This document shows, piece after piece, positions 1 to 11,361 of a stretch of 21,848 bases of DNA. The translations under genes were made by a program, and so were the position numbers. Every line of letters starts with the position of its first letter. Position 1 is the first letter of the stretch. Below the pieces are notes generated by a model. The model saw only the letters and a program-made list of their open reading frames with translations, searched no databases and was not told the origin of the DNA. Source of the DNA: an uncultured Chloroflexia bacterium (lineage in GTDB: Bacteria; Chloroflexota; UBA6077; JACCZL01); the NCBI GenBank assembly GCA_963765765.1, contig CAVXYC010000033.1, positions 1 to 21,848 of the forward strand, written 5' to 3'.

Positions 1-216
1 CTGATAATTAGGCTGCCAATCGGGACCAGAGATGTCATGCTGGACAAAGGTCGTCCAGAAGTACCGACTTCGAGCGATGGCCCGAGTTTCGTCAACGTTA
101 TTAAATGGAACGGCAAAGGAGGGATATCTCGCTGCGGCGAACAAAAGTAGGCCCGACACCAATGCCACCTCGGCGACCAGAGAAAGTCGAAGCAACGCAC
201 TTCTAATGCTCGCCAT
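1..216 (-). CDS. N-terminus of a GT-C/PMT-like (GT39-type) membrane glycosyltransferase, runs off the window edge
   Basis: Manual translation from ATG at 216: MASIRSALLRLSLVAEVALVSGLLLFAAARYPSFAVPFNNVDETRAIARSRYFWTTFVQHDISGPDWQPNYQ. One TM helix followed by the acidic DE motif typical of GT-C first loops; open to position 1. Confidence 0.55.
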   Translation of the reverse strand, partial: MASIRSALLRLSLVAEVALVSGLLLFAAARYPSFAVPFNNVDETRAIARSRYFWTTFVQHDISGPDWQPNYQ

Positions 217-1134
217 TCAAGGGTGGGTGTGCACGTCGGGCGTGAAGGGAAGCAATCTCAGGAACATAGACCAATCAACCGCCACTCTCGTCGAACGAGC
301 GCCGAATAGATGCTGGTTGATCATCCTAGATTCTGCCTACGGTCGAATACATTCAGTCTATGAGTTCCAGATTCGCGGCGCTAAGTTCGCGAGCGAGTGG
401 AACGAATCGTACCATTCCCGCCATCTAATAACTCATCGGATGCCAAGCGCGGAAGGTCTATTCACAGGAGTGGTCCCCGCGTGACGCCCAGCGCCGCCAA
501 ATCTTATTCGCGCCCCTACTGGGCAATGACGTACAGGCCGCAGGATCCGTCCACCATCGCCCCCCGCGGCGAATGTGGGTACGGTATGTACAAAGTGCCG
601 GTGGCCGCCGCGACGAGTATCAGTACCGAGGCCAACGGCGCGGGCGACGAGAGATCCCTCCGCGCCCTGGGTCTGCTCCGCGAGAATCCCAACCCGAATT
701 GGCGGGCCCCCAACCTGCAGCGCACTACTCGCACGCACCACAACGGGCATTACAGACGGACAGCGAGAAGACTTTGGGATTTCGTCCGCGACCCGTTGCA
801 GGCAGCGCCCATGGTGACGTAGCATTCCGTGCCTCGGCACAAACCGTGGCTCGATCTCACCCGGGCCGGACGACCACGTTGTCACGTCACATACACTGCA
901 TGCGTGACATCCAATCGATGAATACTACATAAGCCTTCGGCCGCGGGATCCAACTCCCCAACAGAGTCTGCGGACGATGGTGACGGCCGGAGGAATCCAA
1001 GCTTTTACCCTCGGGATGCCGTCAGATATCGCGCGGCCATATGACGGGCCCAATCAGGACAACGTGGCAACCATTCACGCCCCGGCCTTGATGCCGTCAA
1101 CTGCGAGGCACCTCCTCCCGCCAGGTTAGCCGAT

Positions 1135-2860
1135 TTGGCTCGTACCTATCGCCTCGAAGCTGGACTGCTTCTCGGGCTAGCTGTTGTTGCTCTGGCCATA
1201 CGCCTTCCCTATCTTCAAATCATCCCGGCCTTTTATACCGACGAAATTTTTGATTTCGAGCGTGGTTTCTTTATTGCGCAAGGGCAGTTATTCCCGCTGA
1301 CCAATTACGCTGCATATATGGGCTCGCTATGGAACTGGCTCATAGCGATGGCATTCTGGTTGAGTCAGAACGACTTGTATGCACCGCGGACACTGGTTCT
1401 GACGTTCGGCGTACTAAGCGTTCTGGCGGTTATCTCCTCGGTCGCGCATGGGGCGGCCAGGTCGGTGGTCTGCTCGCGGGCGGTCTTCTAAGCACGGCGG
1501 CAAGCCACATCGTGGTCGTTTCCCACGTCGGATGGTCCAACAGTATTACCCCGTTGTTCACGACATTAGCGGTGTGGGCGCTGGATCAAGCCGTTCGATA
1601 TAGATACAAGAGCCAGACTATGCTGCTGATCCCGGCTATCGTGGGGTCTAGCCGTGCACACTCATCCTACGGCGGCCGCGCTGCTGCCAGCGGCGGTCAT
1701 ATTCCTGCTGTGGAGAGGTAAGCACCTGTGCTGGACACGTTGGCCTATCTCGCAGGGGCTGTTCATCGTAGTGAACTTAAATATGATCATTTACAACCTG
1801 AACACCGTTTGATTCCCTCACGGCGGCTCGTCAAATACATTCCCACTACACGGGCGGAGAGACCTTGACTCCGCTGGTCTACCTTGCGCGCGTCGAGTGC
1901 ATGGACTGCGCTGCTCATGAATCATCTAGGTGGAGCCGCGGGTTGGCCCCAAAACGCCACAGAGGTGTTCTCGACGCTGGCTTGTGGCCTGCGACGGTTC
2001 TCGCGGTCGTTGGTGCACTCTACGTATCGGCGATCAGGTAATCCACTACCGATTCTATTGCCGTAAGTTTCGTATTAGCACTCTCTCTCTTCACATCCAC
2101 GAGTTACGATGTTCTCGACACTCATTATCTCGCACCGCTCTTCCGGAACTGTATGCGGCCATCGCTGCGCTCTTATATCCACTCTCTAAGGTTGTCGTTC
2201 TGCAGTACTACGGGATTCAAAACAGGTGGAAGTTGCTCGGTCTACGCTTGGCCGCTCTAGGGTAGGAGCCTTCTTAGTACTGCATCCATTGCTCTATCTC
2301 CAGACACACTATTCTCAGGCATTGCAACTCCATTGGACTAACGAACCATTGTTTCAGCCATCCAAGCGATCAAACAAATCGGCGTTCCGACGAACCTGTC
2401 GTCATCGACCGCAAACTCGAAGAGGGAAGGTCGTTGTGGGGCGGGGGAACTCGCGGCCAGGCTATCCGACTGGCGTTGGATCTCCGCGGCATCCCATACT
2501 GTTTGGTCAACGTGGAGGGCGAGCGAGACCCCGATTGCCGACCATCCCTGCCGCCACGGCCTGGTGGTACTCGCTGCTCGCGAGCCCGAGATCAACGAAA
2601 TGATCGCGCGCCGACTGAACCTGCGTGATCTAGACGGTGGCCCGGTCAAACTTGAGTTTGATGCGTCCCACTCCGTGGCGAGTACAGTCCCGGGCGGTTC
2701 CAACGTCGCTTATAGTGCTGCGGGACGGCTAACCACCGTCTCACGACTGGCGCCGGACAGTGAGCTCTGGGGGACTGTTGAGGGGCTCGCAGCACGAGCG
2801 CCGCGTGTCCCTTCGAATCGCCACTGCTGGCCCGTGGAGTGGGTCCTTCCGTGGCTTTGA
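1135..2860 (+). CDS. ArnT/PMT_2-like (GT39/GT83) membrane glycosyltransferase, multiply frameshifted; 3' end approximate
   Basis: Pieces in successive frames: LAIRLPYLQIIPAFYTDE (TM1 + DE), YAPRTLVLTFGVLSV, YLLGRAWGGQVGGLLAGGLL..SHVGWSNSITPLFTTLAVW, then further hydrophobic segments and a soluble tail. Confidence 0.7.
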
Positions 2861-3303
2861 CGCCCGACATCCCCGTACGAGTGACTCGCCGCTGCGCGCT
2901 TCGCTTTTCTAGGCTTCGCCCGTCCTCATCCGCTTCCTCATGCTGGAGCAGACGCTGTGTTAGGCGCTCTCAGTCGGTTAACGCACACGGCTATCACACA
3001 GAGCACGCTACAGCAATATGCTACTCGCACCGCGGAAGACTCAAGCGGATCGGCCAGCTGCTCCAACTCATTGGCCCGTCAGTCACAGAAATCTGTCAGC
3101 CGCGACACGGAGCCCGCCGAAGCCGCTCGACCTTGTTCAGGACATGCGTGGAAACTCCCGGGAGAGAGGGCGCAGGTGACCTGACGGGGCACTGTGCCTC
3201 GTCATGAACAGAGGCCTGGCCATAGCGCTTGGCCATCCGCAATAGTACCTTGCAACGGCTGGGGGACTACCTGACGCTCTGATGCCGGCGCTCACTGTCC
3301 CAG

Positions 3304-5110
3304 TCAATTGAGCAACGCCCCACCCCTCGTCCGAAAGGCGAATAACGCTGTTGCGGAGCCACCGTTACAGCAGCCGCCAACATTACTGCGCCTCCGTAAA
3401 CAGGTAGTCGAAACGACAGTGACAACGCCATCATCCAGCACTCCGCAGCGGTGCGCCAGGTCAGGCAGCACGAATTGTCTTGCACGCTGAAACTTGAGGT
3501 CTACCGCGGAGCTAAATGGCTCCCACCGGCTTTGCCAGGGACCAGTCCAGGTTCCGGAAGACGTCGCCTCATCGAACGCTTGACGGTTCACCAGGATGAT
3601 ATCCACCCCGTAGCGGCGTGCGAATTGAAGGACCTCGTCCACTGATTCGGCGTAGTACGCGTCAATCAGTTCCAGCATTCGTTGACGCAGTTCACTGTAG
3701 AAGCCTAGATGGAAGGGGATCAGGTACTCCTTGTTTACAAGGACACTCCGATTCGCAAATGTCGGAACAAAATCCGTTTCGGTTGGCACCCCGGTTACCA
3801 GCGTATCCTTCGGCTGCGTCCGCAGGTAACTGGAAACTCCCGGGTGGCCATCCTTAACGAATGCAGCCTCATAAGCTGGCCGGATACTGAGCGACCCAGA
3901 GCGCAAATCCGAGCGCGAGGCCAGACAGCACCAATGAATTCACAGAGGGATCGAATCGTCGACTCACGGTGACAAATAGAATGCCGACTCCAAGCCCCGC
4001 CGATATGGCCAGAACCAGCGGCAAACTCTGCTTACGTAGCGACGGGATGGTACAGATGAAATAGAAGCAGGTGCGCCAGAACAAAGAGTGCCAGCGATGC
4101 CAGCGTTAGGTCGAGCAGGATACGACTTTGGCCTCTGAGCTCACGAGCGCTGACTATTCGTCGCCTGAAGATGAGCAGCAGCGGCAGTAGTAACGCCAGT
4201 ACGAAATATAAGAGAAGAATTGGTGATTAAATACTCGATCTTTTGCCCGAAGGTCGAACCCGCTGTGCCCATTTGCAATCCAGTAATCATAGGCGCTATC
4301 CACAAAGAAAAATTCGCGACCAGTCATGCCGAAGTCGGGCATTGCGCGCGCCTGGTCGACTGATACAACGGGTCCGAACGAGATGCTCTGAAGTTGGCTC
4401 GGCAGAAGCAGCGCAACCACTAGTGCGGCGCCGACAAGAAGTGGTCCCCACGCCGACCAGTCGCGAGCAATGCCGGGTCGCAACCCCGAACGTTGATGAG
4501 CCGCGCACCGAGTAGTGCAACGCCGAGGGCGCCTGCAACTGGATGAAACACGGCGCTGAATGCCACTCAAAGCTACCGCCAGGCGCACTCGCCCGGTCAC
4601 GAGTGACCAAACCTGAGCGACGAGGATCGGCAGAAACGATCGCGGACTCGCTGTTGCCACGTCGTCAACCTGCCAGACGTACCAACTCAAGAAGACGGCA
4701 GCTAGAAACGCACAGACGGGCTCAGGGTGTAGACGGCGAACTACGAGGAACGTGAAGAACGCGGCGGCGAGGCCCAGAATGGGCGGAAGGACTTTCGCGA
4801 CCAGCATCGGATCTGCCACCCAGCTCAACGCCCAGTAGAACGCCGTGTAGCCGGGTGGCGCGACCCATTGCAGATAATCCGCTATGAGATCGTTAGGGAA
4901 CAACTCTGGATCGTGGAAACGCTCCATCCAGAAGACGTAGTGTCGCGCATCGTCCTGGACCGCGTTCTGGTCGAGCGCGGGCGCCATGGCACGCCACGCA
5001 AATAGCAGCGCGAACCGGCGAGCAGCCAACGATCCTCGGGGGAGAATAGGGCCACAACGGCGCCGATGTCGGCTCGGGGGTCGGTAGGTTTGATGAACCC
5101 AACGTGTCAC
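3304..5110 (-). CDS. Polytopic membrane protein, probable GT-C-fold glycosyltransferase, frameshifted; start approximate
   Basis: N-terminal QDDARHYVFWMERFHDPELFPNDLIADY followed by TM helices; C-terminal YLRTQPKDTL..PTFANRSVLVNKEYLIPFHLGFY..RYGVDIILV. From recall this resembles conserved hypothetical membrane proteins of cyanobacterial glycan loci. Split over ORFs 4154-5110, 3869-4084 and 3304-3906. Confidence 0.65.
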
Positions 5111-5328
5111 GCATTACAGCAGGTTCTGAGGTCACGGTTCGGGGTCGAATCTTACAGCAACTCTCTTGCTACGGTCGGGCGCTCCACCACGGCCAAGCCG
5201 GGAAGGCCGAACCAGCGAGCTGCTAGTAGCCGACCACATGAGTACTGACAGGCAGTCGGGGCGTGGTGGCGTTCATCCCCGAAGACGAGGTGCCCGTATC
5301 ACCAACAATACCTGTCCTACTCTTATTC

Positions 5329-6844
5329 GGGTCTGCCCAGAACTTGTGACATTTTCAGGCCGCCTGGCGCCGAGCACGCTGAGTGGCCTGGTCGGCGCAC
5401 AACACGGCCATGGCCTGGCCACCCCGCTCAGACCAGCGACAGCCGGCGCGCTTGAGCCGCTGCTGAATGACGTGCTTGGCGCTGGATTCGACCGCGCCGG
5501 AACCGATCTAAGCCCTGCGCCGGAACTCCGGATAGCGCATGCGCGCCTGATTCGTCTGGAAATACGCCCGCTCGGTGGCCACCGTTGCCCGCGCCTCCGG
5601 GGTGCCCAGCGCGAGGTCGCGGCACCGCTCCAGCAGCGCCGCGGGACCCTGCTCATAGAGCACCGTCCGACTTGCTTCTGCCCAACCGTGCGCGGCCGCG
5701 GTCCCTTCCCCGTAGATGGCCCGGGCGATCGTCCCGACGTGTTCGGAGGCGTGATACCAGTCGACGATCTCGATCCGATCTCCAAACTGCTCGGCGGCGG
5801 CTTTCCAGATCCAGCGTGCTCCGTCACCCAGCACCACGATCCGTCGCAGCGTCGCCATCCCCGGCCCCACGCCCGTCCCGGCATAGGCGACTTCCTCCAG
5901 GCCCCTCGCCGCGCCACCTTGGCGCCCCAGCGCCCAGCCCACACGGCCACGACGCGCGCGCCGCGACGTAGCTCAGCGCCGTGAGCTGCCGCTGCGGGCA
6001 ACCGCCGTGTTCCAGCCCCCCACCACCCCGAGCTTCACCTCATCCAGCCATCCTGATAGCGCACCATGACCCCATCGGTCTCCGCCACCAGCTCCCGCGC
6101 GCCTCCACCTCGCGGCCGGCGCCGTGGTCCGTTCCACGATGGCGGCCTCCTTCTGGAGCCGCTGGTCCAGGACCGTCCCGGCGGCCTCGGTGATCGTGCG
6201 CGTCGTCTCCACGCCGATGGTGACACGGTCAGCGTGGCCAACTGCTCCGCCGCGATCCGGAAGGGCAACAGGGCGCCGAGCGTCACCAGCCAGTCGCGCA
6301 GGCTGGCGCTGATCCGCTGCTGAGCCGCGATGCCCAGGGTCTGATCGGTGGGACTCCCACTCGCCAGGCCGGACACTGGGCCCATGGGCGCTCCCACGCC
6401 ACGGCCCGCAGGTCGTCCGCAGGCGCCGCGCCCGCCAGCCACGCAGTCGGCCGAGGGTGCCGCAGCCGGGGAGCGCGCCGGGCGCGCGGCATCGATGGAT
6501 CGAGACTCCGTTGGGTGACCGTGATCAGGCCGCCGAGGAGCTGCGGGGCCAGCGCACGCAATCCCTCGCGCACGGCCTGCTCCAATGCCGACAGGTCCGC
6601 ATCGCGATGCTGGCTGGCCCACCGAGCGAGATCGCCAATGCAGGCTTCAACCGGTGCGACAATGGCGTCAGGAAGGGTCGGCGAGTCCATTCGAGGGCCC
6701 TTTAGAGATCCGCCGGGGTGTGGCCACGCCCTGGCGGATCACACTCAGGATGGCGCGCACCGTACCTGATCCGCGCCACCTTCCGGTAGTCTGCTTATTA
6801 CATTTGCCATGTGACCGCTGCACACAAGTTTCTGGGCAGCACCC
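5329..6844 (-). mobile_element. Complete insertion sequence, ISLre2/ISKra4-type (prokaryotic Mutator-like), 1516 bp
   Basis: IRs gggtctgcccagaacttgtg (5329-) and revcomp of the right end gggtgctgcccagaaacttgtg (-6844). Perfect 9-bp direct repeat ctcttattc at 5320-5328 and 6845-6853. Confidence 0.9.
5355..6690 (-). CDS. ISKra4/ISLre2-family DDE transposase, frameshifted
   Basis: Motifs ETDGVMV, EVKLG, VVLGDGARWIW, IVDWYHASEH, YFQTNQARMRY and GSGAVESSAKHVIQQRLKRAGCRWS, spread over several frames. Confidence 0.88.
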
Positions 6845-6860
6845 CTCTTATTCGCGTCGA

Positions 6861-6890
6861 TTGCTCCCTGGCCGGGACCCATGCTAGACT
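6861..6890 (+). promoter_or_regulatory. Putative sigma70 promoter with extended -10
   Basis: TTGCTC (6861-6866), 18-nt spacer ending TGC, TAGACT (6885-6890). Confidence 0.45.
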
Positions 6891-7192
6891 GCGTGTGCCC
6901 CTTGGTCACCTTTTCGGCGTTGAGCCTGATCGCGTAAGCAACGAATGTCAGCGATCTCCTGGCGTGAGCAGCGCGCGCGACGCTCCGCCCCCTTCGAGCA
7001 AGCTCTAGCATCGAACCTTCGCATCATTCCCTGGCTGGGATGTTTGCGCGGCAGCGCTTGCCAGCTATCCAAACGTCCTGGCCTCGCAGGCGGCTGTCGT
7101 GGGGCTCGGCGCTGTGCTTCTTCTTGTGCATCAGCGGGTGGCGTTCGCTTCGCCCGCTGTCAATGCTGGACTGTTTCTCTTTTCCGTGGCAT

Positions 7193-7448
7193 GGGAAACG
7201 ACTGAGCCTGCTCACGAAACACTCTGATAACGTCCGGGAGAACTCTTTACCGATTCAGAGCTCACGGATTATTCGACGACGTCATTTGGTGCAAGCGCTC
7301 GGAGTGCAAGGCAGATCATATAGAGGAGAACGATGCGATACTTATTGACGACAGCTTCAGCGAGCGGAGCGATGTGGCATGGCCGCGCGGGATACCCACC
7401 TTCGAGTGCAGCATGCTCGAGATGCTCATCGATGGACGGACGCTGTGA
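7193..7448 (+). pseudogene. C-terminal HAD-like fragment, resembling the tail of ATP-grasp proteins in polysaccharide loci
   Basis: Manual translation with one frameshift near 7242: GKRLSLLTKHSDNVRE/TLYRFRAHGLFDDVIWCKRSECKADHIEENDAILIDDSFSERSDVAWPRGIPTFECSMLEMLIDGRTL*. Contains HAD motif IV-like ILIDDS; no N-terminal part visible. Confidence 0.55.
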
Positions 7449-7772
7449 TGCTGCGACTAAGACATATTCAATGCAGCAATCCAGGTGCAATGGCTGGGTG
7501 TGCGATAGCAAGCGCCGTAGATGTAGCCGGGATGAGCGGACCAGCTTCGTGCATTCCAGTGACAAGAAGTGCGACTGAGATTCCGCGAGAAGTATTCAAT
7601 GCCCCCAGTACCGTTCTCTCTCATGTTGCACGGTCAGTGACGCCACTGCCCCCCAGGAATAGTGCGGTCGACAACATGGGTTGGCGGGCGCGGGCCACCG
7701 CCCCCTATAGTATGGCGGCGCCCGCTCTAACGTCTCGGCACCACTCCGATTCAGCGGCCGAGACCACCGAAG

Positions 7773-8624
7773 GTGACCCATACGGATAGCGAAATCCTCT
7801 CTCCACAAAGTCCCAGCGCCGCCGTGCGTCTTGCTCATCATCGGAACTTGCTCGCCGATCTACGGGAACTGTTCCACTCAAGCCATGTCCTCGAAGAGCT
7901 TGTCAAGCGCGACCTGAAGGTGCGCTACAAACGGTCAGTGCTAGGCGTTCTCTGGACGTTGCTGAACCCGCTGTTGATGATGATTGTCACGACGGTCATC
8001 TTCGCGAGCTTCTTCCGATTCGCCATTGACAACTTCCCGGTGTACTTCCTTTCGGCCTACCTGGTCTTTGGCTTCTTCGCTCAAGGGACCACGACCGGCT
8101 GCACGAGTATCCTGACTAGCGCCGCGCTGGTGCGGCGCATCTATTTGGCTCCGGCCCTGTTCCCGCTTGCCTCTGTTGCCACTGCGGGCGTGAACATGAT
8201 CATCGCGTTGCTGCCGCTCTTTGCACTGATGGCATTCACCGGGAGCCCGTTCACGTGGGCGCTGCTCTTCCTGCCTATTGGCCTCCTACTCACCGCGCTC
8301 TTCACGTACGGGGTGGCGCTCTTTCTGTCTGCCGCGTCGGTGTTCTTCCATGACACGACCCAGATGTACGCGATCATCATCACCGTCTGGATGTACATTA
8401 CCCCGATCTTCTACCCGGTTGATATCGTGCCCGAACAATATTCGCTCATTGTTCATCTCAATCCGCTCTTCCACTTCGTGGAGATCATCCGCAATCCCCT
8501 GTATCTCGGAACTCTGCCGGACCCTGTCAATCTAGGCGCTGCCACGGCCTACGCCTTTGGCGCAGCTGTGCTCGGCTGGTGGTACTTCGGGCGATCACGC
8601 AATGCCTTCGCCAGTTACCTCTAA
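7773..8624 (+). CDS. wzm: ABC-2 polysaccharide export permease (Wzm/RfbA/TagG-like)
   Basis: LVKRDLKVRYKRSVLGVLWTLLNPLLMM, YITPIFYP, LNPLFHFVEIIRNPL; about six TM helices. Confidence 0.93.
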   Translation: MTHTDSEILSPQSPSAAVRLAHHRNLLADLRELFHSSHVLEELVKRDLKVRYKRSVLGVLWTLLNPLLMMIVTTVIFASFFRFAIDNFPVYFLSAYLVFGFFAQGTTTGCTSILTSAALVRRIYLAPALFPLASVATAGVNMIIALLPLFALMAFTGSPFTWALLFLPIGLLLTALFTYGVALFLSAASVFFHDTTQMYAIIITVWMYITPIFYPVDIVPEQYSLIVHLNPLFHFVEIIRNPLYLGTLPDPVNLGAATAYAFGAAVLGWWYFGRSRNAFASYL

Positions 8625-9396
8625 CAACGGCCTGACCACGATGATCACCTTGGAGGGGGTTGGCGTCCGCTATCACCTCCCTCGAGGGGGAACTCGAAGC
8701 ATTAAAGAGCTCGCGCTGCTCTGGCTCCGGAGACGGGCTGTCTTCGAGGACTTCTGGGCCCTCCAGAACATCAATTTGCATGTGTCCGTCGGCGAGCGCC
8801 TCGGTATAGTCGGTCGGAATGGGGCCGGAAAGAGCACGCTGCTGCAAGTCATCGCCCGCATCGTTACACCTACCATCGGAAGTGCGACGGTCCGTGGCCA
8901 GGTAGCTCCACTGTTACAACTGGGTGCAGGATTCGATACTGAGCTCACCGGGCGAGAAAACGTCTTCCTGAACGGTGCCCTACTTGGAATGACACGAGCC
9001 CAGATCACAGAGCAGTTCGATGCGATCATTGACTTCGCGGAACTACCAGAGTTTGTTGACATGCCCCTCCGTGCGTACTCGTCCGGCATGGCGGCCCGAT
9101 TGGGCTTCGCCGTGGCCACGGCCGTCCAGCCGGAGATCCTTCTCATCGACGAGGTACTGTCAGTTGGCGACGAGCAGTTCCAGAATAAATGCATCGCTCG
9201 CATGCGTGACTTTTCCGATCACGGGACGACCGTGGTACTGGTGACACACGATCCGTCCCTGATCACCGAGCAGTGTACTCGCGCCATCTGGTTACATCGC
9301 GGGCACCTTCGAGCTGAAGGTTCACCTGACGAGGTGTTAGCTGCTTACCACGAGAGCCTGGCGGACGGGTCACCAGTTCTGTCCGGAGTCGGCTAG
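8602..9396 (+). CDS. wzt: ABC polysaccharide export ATP-binding protein (Wzt/RfbB/TagH-like), without C-terminal carbohydrate-binding domain; start could be 8641
   Basis: FWALQNINL, Walker A GRNGAGKST, ELTGRENVFL, signature YSSGM, Walker B LLIDEVLSVGD, VTHD. Confidence 0.93.
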   Translation: MPSPVTSNNGLTTMITLEGVGVRYHLPRGGTRSIKELALLWLRRRAVFEDFWALQNINLHVSVGERLGIVGRNGAGKSTLLQVIARIVTPTIGSATVRGQVAPLLQLGAGFDTELTGRENVFLNGALLGMTRAQITEQFDAIIDFAELPEFVDMPLRAYSSGMAARLGFAVATAVQPEILLIDEVLSVGDEQFQNKCIARMRDFSDHGTTVVLVTHDPSLITEQCTRAIWLHRGHLRAEGSPDEVLAAYHESLADGSPVLSGVG

Positions 9397-9523
9397 CCCA
9401 GCTCAAACCGCAGCAACGCGCCGTCTACCTTTCGAGGTACCACTCACCGTTCTGGGTGCGCTCATCGCTGCGTTCAGAGGAGCCGCGCGCGCCGAGTTGA
9501 CGGTCGATTACCCTGACGAGGCC

Positions 9524-9645
9524 GCCTCTCACCCTGGGAGAGGTCGGAGGGAAAGGTGTCTTTGGCTCCAACCAGAGGTGCGAGCACAGCGAGAGAGAAT
9601 CACTCCGCTGTCAACTCTCCCCCTGGGAGAGGCCTCGGGTGAGGG
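9524..9645. repeat. Two degenerate copies of a CCCTCTCCC-n-GGGAGAGGG REP-like palindrome
   Basis: cctctcaccctgggagagg (~9525) and ctctccccctgggagaggcctcgggtgaggg (~9614); same family as 18222-18290. Confidence 0.5.
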
Positions 9646-10523
9646 AGCCGCGACAACACCCATCAACCCGCGTCCAGGCAGACCTGGCCCTGGTCGCGGT
9701 CACGGCCGTCTGGGGCGCCACGTTCTTCATGATCAAGGACGCGCTGCTGGTAGTGCCGCCGTTCTGGTTCGTGTCCCTGCGATTCGCAATGGCGGCGCTG
9801 CTCCTATGGCCGTTCATGCTACGGGCTCGCGATCCGCAGAGTCGAATCCAGATCCGGTACGGGGTCTCCGTGGGGCTGCTGCTCTTTCTGGGATACGCTC
9901 TCCAAACGGCGGGGCTTCAGTTCACAAGTGCGTCGCGCGGTGGATTCATCACCGGGCTCACCGTGGTGTTCGTCCCGGTGGCACAGGCGTTCCTCCATCG
10001 CGCGCTGCCCAGCGGGCCGATCATGATGGGCGTGGGCCTCTCCGTGGTGGGCATGGCGCTGCTCTCGTTCGGAGCATCAGATATCGCGAGCTTGGCGCTG
10101 GGCGACCTGCTGGTGCTGGGCTGTGCGTTCGCATTTACCGCGCACATTCTCGCCATCGGGCAATTCGCGACGCGCGTCAACCCGTTGGGTCTTACGTTCG
10201 TACAGATCGTGACCGTGGCAATACTCAGCCTGGTGCTCGCCCTCGGAGTGGAGTCCTCTCCCGGAACGGGTCTTGTCGCCGCCCTGCCCGCCGTATTCTT
10301 CACCGCCGCATTTGCCACCGTGGCCGCGTTTTACGTGCAGGCGCGCGCGCAGCGCTTCACGTCACCCACGCACACGGCACTGATCTTCGCGCTGGAGCCG
10401 GTCTTCGCCGTCTTCTTCGCGTATCTGCTGGCGAATGAGCGCCTGACCACCCAGGAGGCCCTGGGCTGCGGACTGATCCTGGCGGGAATGCTGACGGCTC
10501 AGGCAGACCGAATGCGGAGCTAG
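9639..10523 (+). CDS. DMT/EamA family transporter
   Basis: VTAVWGATFFMIK, LQTAGLQFTSASRGGFITGL, GDLLVLGCA, ALIFALEPVFA; two EamA repeats, about 10 TMs. Confidence 0.92.
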   Translation: MREPRQHPSTRVQADLALVAVTAVWGATFFMIKDALLVVPPFWFVSLRFAMAALLLWPFMLRARDPQSRIQIRYGVSVGLLLFLGYALQTAGLQFTSASRGGFITGLTVVFVPVAQAFLHRALPSGPIMMGVGLSVVGMALLSFGASDIASLALGDLLVLGCAFAFTAHILAIGQFATRVNPLGLTFVQIVTVAILSLVLALGVESSPGTGLVAALPAVFFTAAFATVAAFYVQARAQRFTSPTHTALIFALEPVFAVFFAYLLANERLTTQEALGCGLILAGMLTAQADRMRS

Positions 10524-10560
10524 GCGCAATTGGTAAGAGATGTTCTGATGCTGCTGACTT

Positions 10561-10653
10561 GGAGGTGTCGGGCATCTTGCCCGACGGTCACGCTCTCCAC
10601 GGATATCGACGTGTAGTGCCGCTTCACTGTCGGGCAAGATGCCCGACACCACC
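10561..10653. repeat. REP doublet (REPIN-like), family A, copy 1
   Basis: Arms ggtgtcgggcatcttgcccgac (10564-10585) and gtcgggcaagatgcccgacacc (10629-10650) are inverted repeats; each arm is itself the hairpin gtcgggc-n5-gcccgac. Confidence 0.85.
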
Positions 10654-10668
10654 GATATCTGGTACAAC

Positions 10669-11040
10669 CTGGCGCCAACATCCGCGCCCAAGCGCACTCA
10701 AGCCGACTGCCCGGAACCGCGCCCTCAAGCGGCTACTCTCCGCATCGGTCGTTCAGCAAGCGGCTGATTGGCCGCCCATTGCGGCGGTAGCAGCTCGATC
10801 CGGCGCAATGCATTGTCGCGTGCTAGTTGGCACTTTGACTTGGTGCCAACTGGCATCGTGAGCTGACCACGGCCGGGCCGAATATGGAGTTGCGCCGTGC
10901 TAATCCACAACCCGCGTGGCGCAGACCGACCGGACGTCCTGCTGTGGCGGACCTGGTCGGCCTGGTTGGCATGACGTCGTAGCAGGGCGCCAGGCCGACA
11001 TCGCCGACGCGCGTTGCCGCGGAGCCAACGCTGCCGACGC
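10669..11040 (+). pseudogene. Decayed copy of the upstream region and 5' part of the terminase gene (copy 1)
   Basis: ctggcgccaacatc identical to 16701-16714; ctcaagcggctactctc 16/17 to 16780-16796 (ALKRLLS retained); gccgacatcgcc 11/12 to 17134-17145. Confidence 0.75.
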
Positions 11041-11053
11041 GGGAAGGATAGAT

Positions 11054-11353
11054 ATGCCCTGTCTCTTCGCTATCTGCGCTGGCCTGTTCCCGCGAATCGC
11101 GAATATCGTCCTCTGGATCGCTCGGCCAAACCTGTACCTGGCGCCGTTCGACAGCAACTGGCTGTGGCCGCTGCTCGGAATAGTGTTTCTGCCGTTCACG
11201 ACGCTTCTGTACGTCGTGATGTGGACACCGGGAGTCGGCCTGACCGGTGGCGACTGGTTCTGGCTCGTGCTGGCCGTGTTCCTCGACGTCGCGCACGCCA
11301 TGGGAAGTGGGTACGCCAACCGCGACCGAGTTCCAGGCATGTCGACACCCTGA
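11054..11353 (+). CDS. Small membrane protein, 99 aa (copy 1)
   Basis: RBS gaagga; MPCLFAICAGLFPRIA..WLWPLLGIVFLPFTTLLYVVMW..DWFWLVLAVFLD; about 3 TMs; paralog at 15059. Confidence 0.8.
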   Translation: MPCLFAICAGLFPRIANIVLWIARPNLYLAPFDSNWLWPLLGIVFLPFTTLLYVVMWTPGVGLTGGDWFWLVLAVFLDVAHAMGSGYANRDRVPGMSTP

Positions 11354-11361
11354 CAGCCGTC

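Noticed and set aside
397-932. Overlapping ORFs between the divergent glycosyltransferase-like genes
   Set aside because: No recognisable motif or RBS in any frame; possibly a gene remnant but not assignable.
5166-6001. Long Arg/Pro-rich ORFs over the IS, and similar antisense ORFs over the DUF genes
   Set aside because: Shadow frames of high-GC coding sequence.
7333-7578. Cys-rich 81-aa ORF with gaggag RBS as a RiPP or small metalloprotein
   Set aside because: It overlaps a better-supported frame (HAD-like ILIDDSFSER); the apparent RBS is the Glu-Glu codons of that frame; no modifying enzymes nearby.
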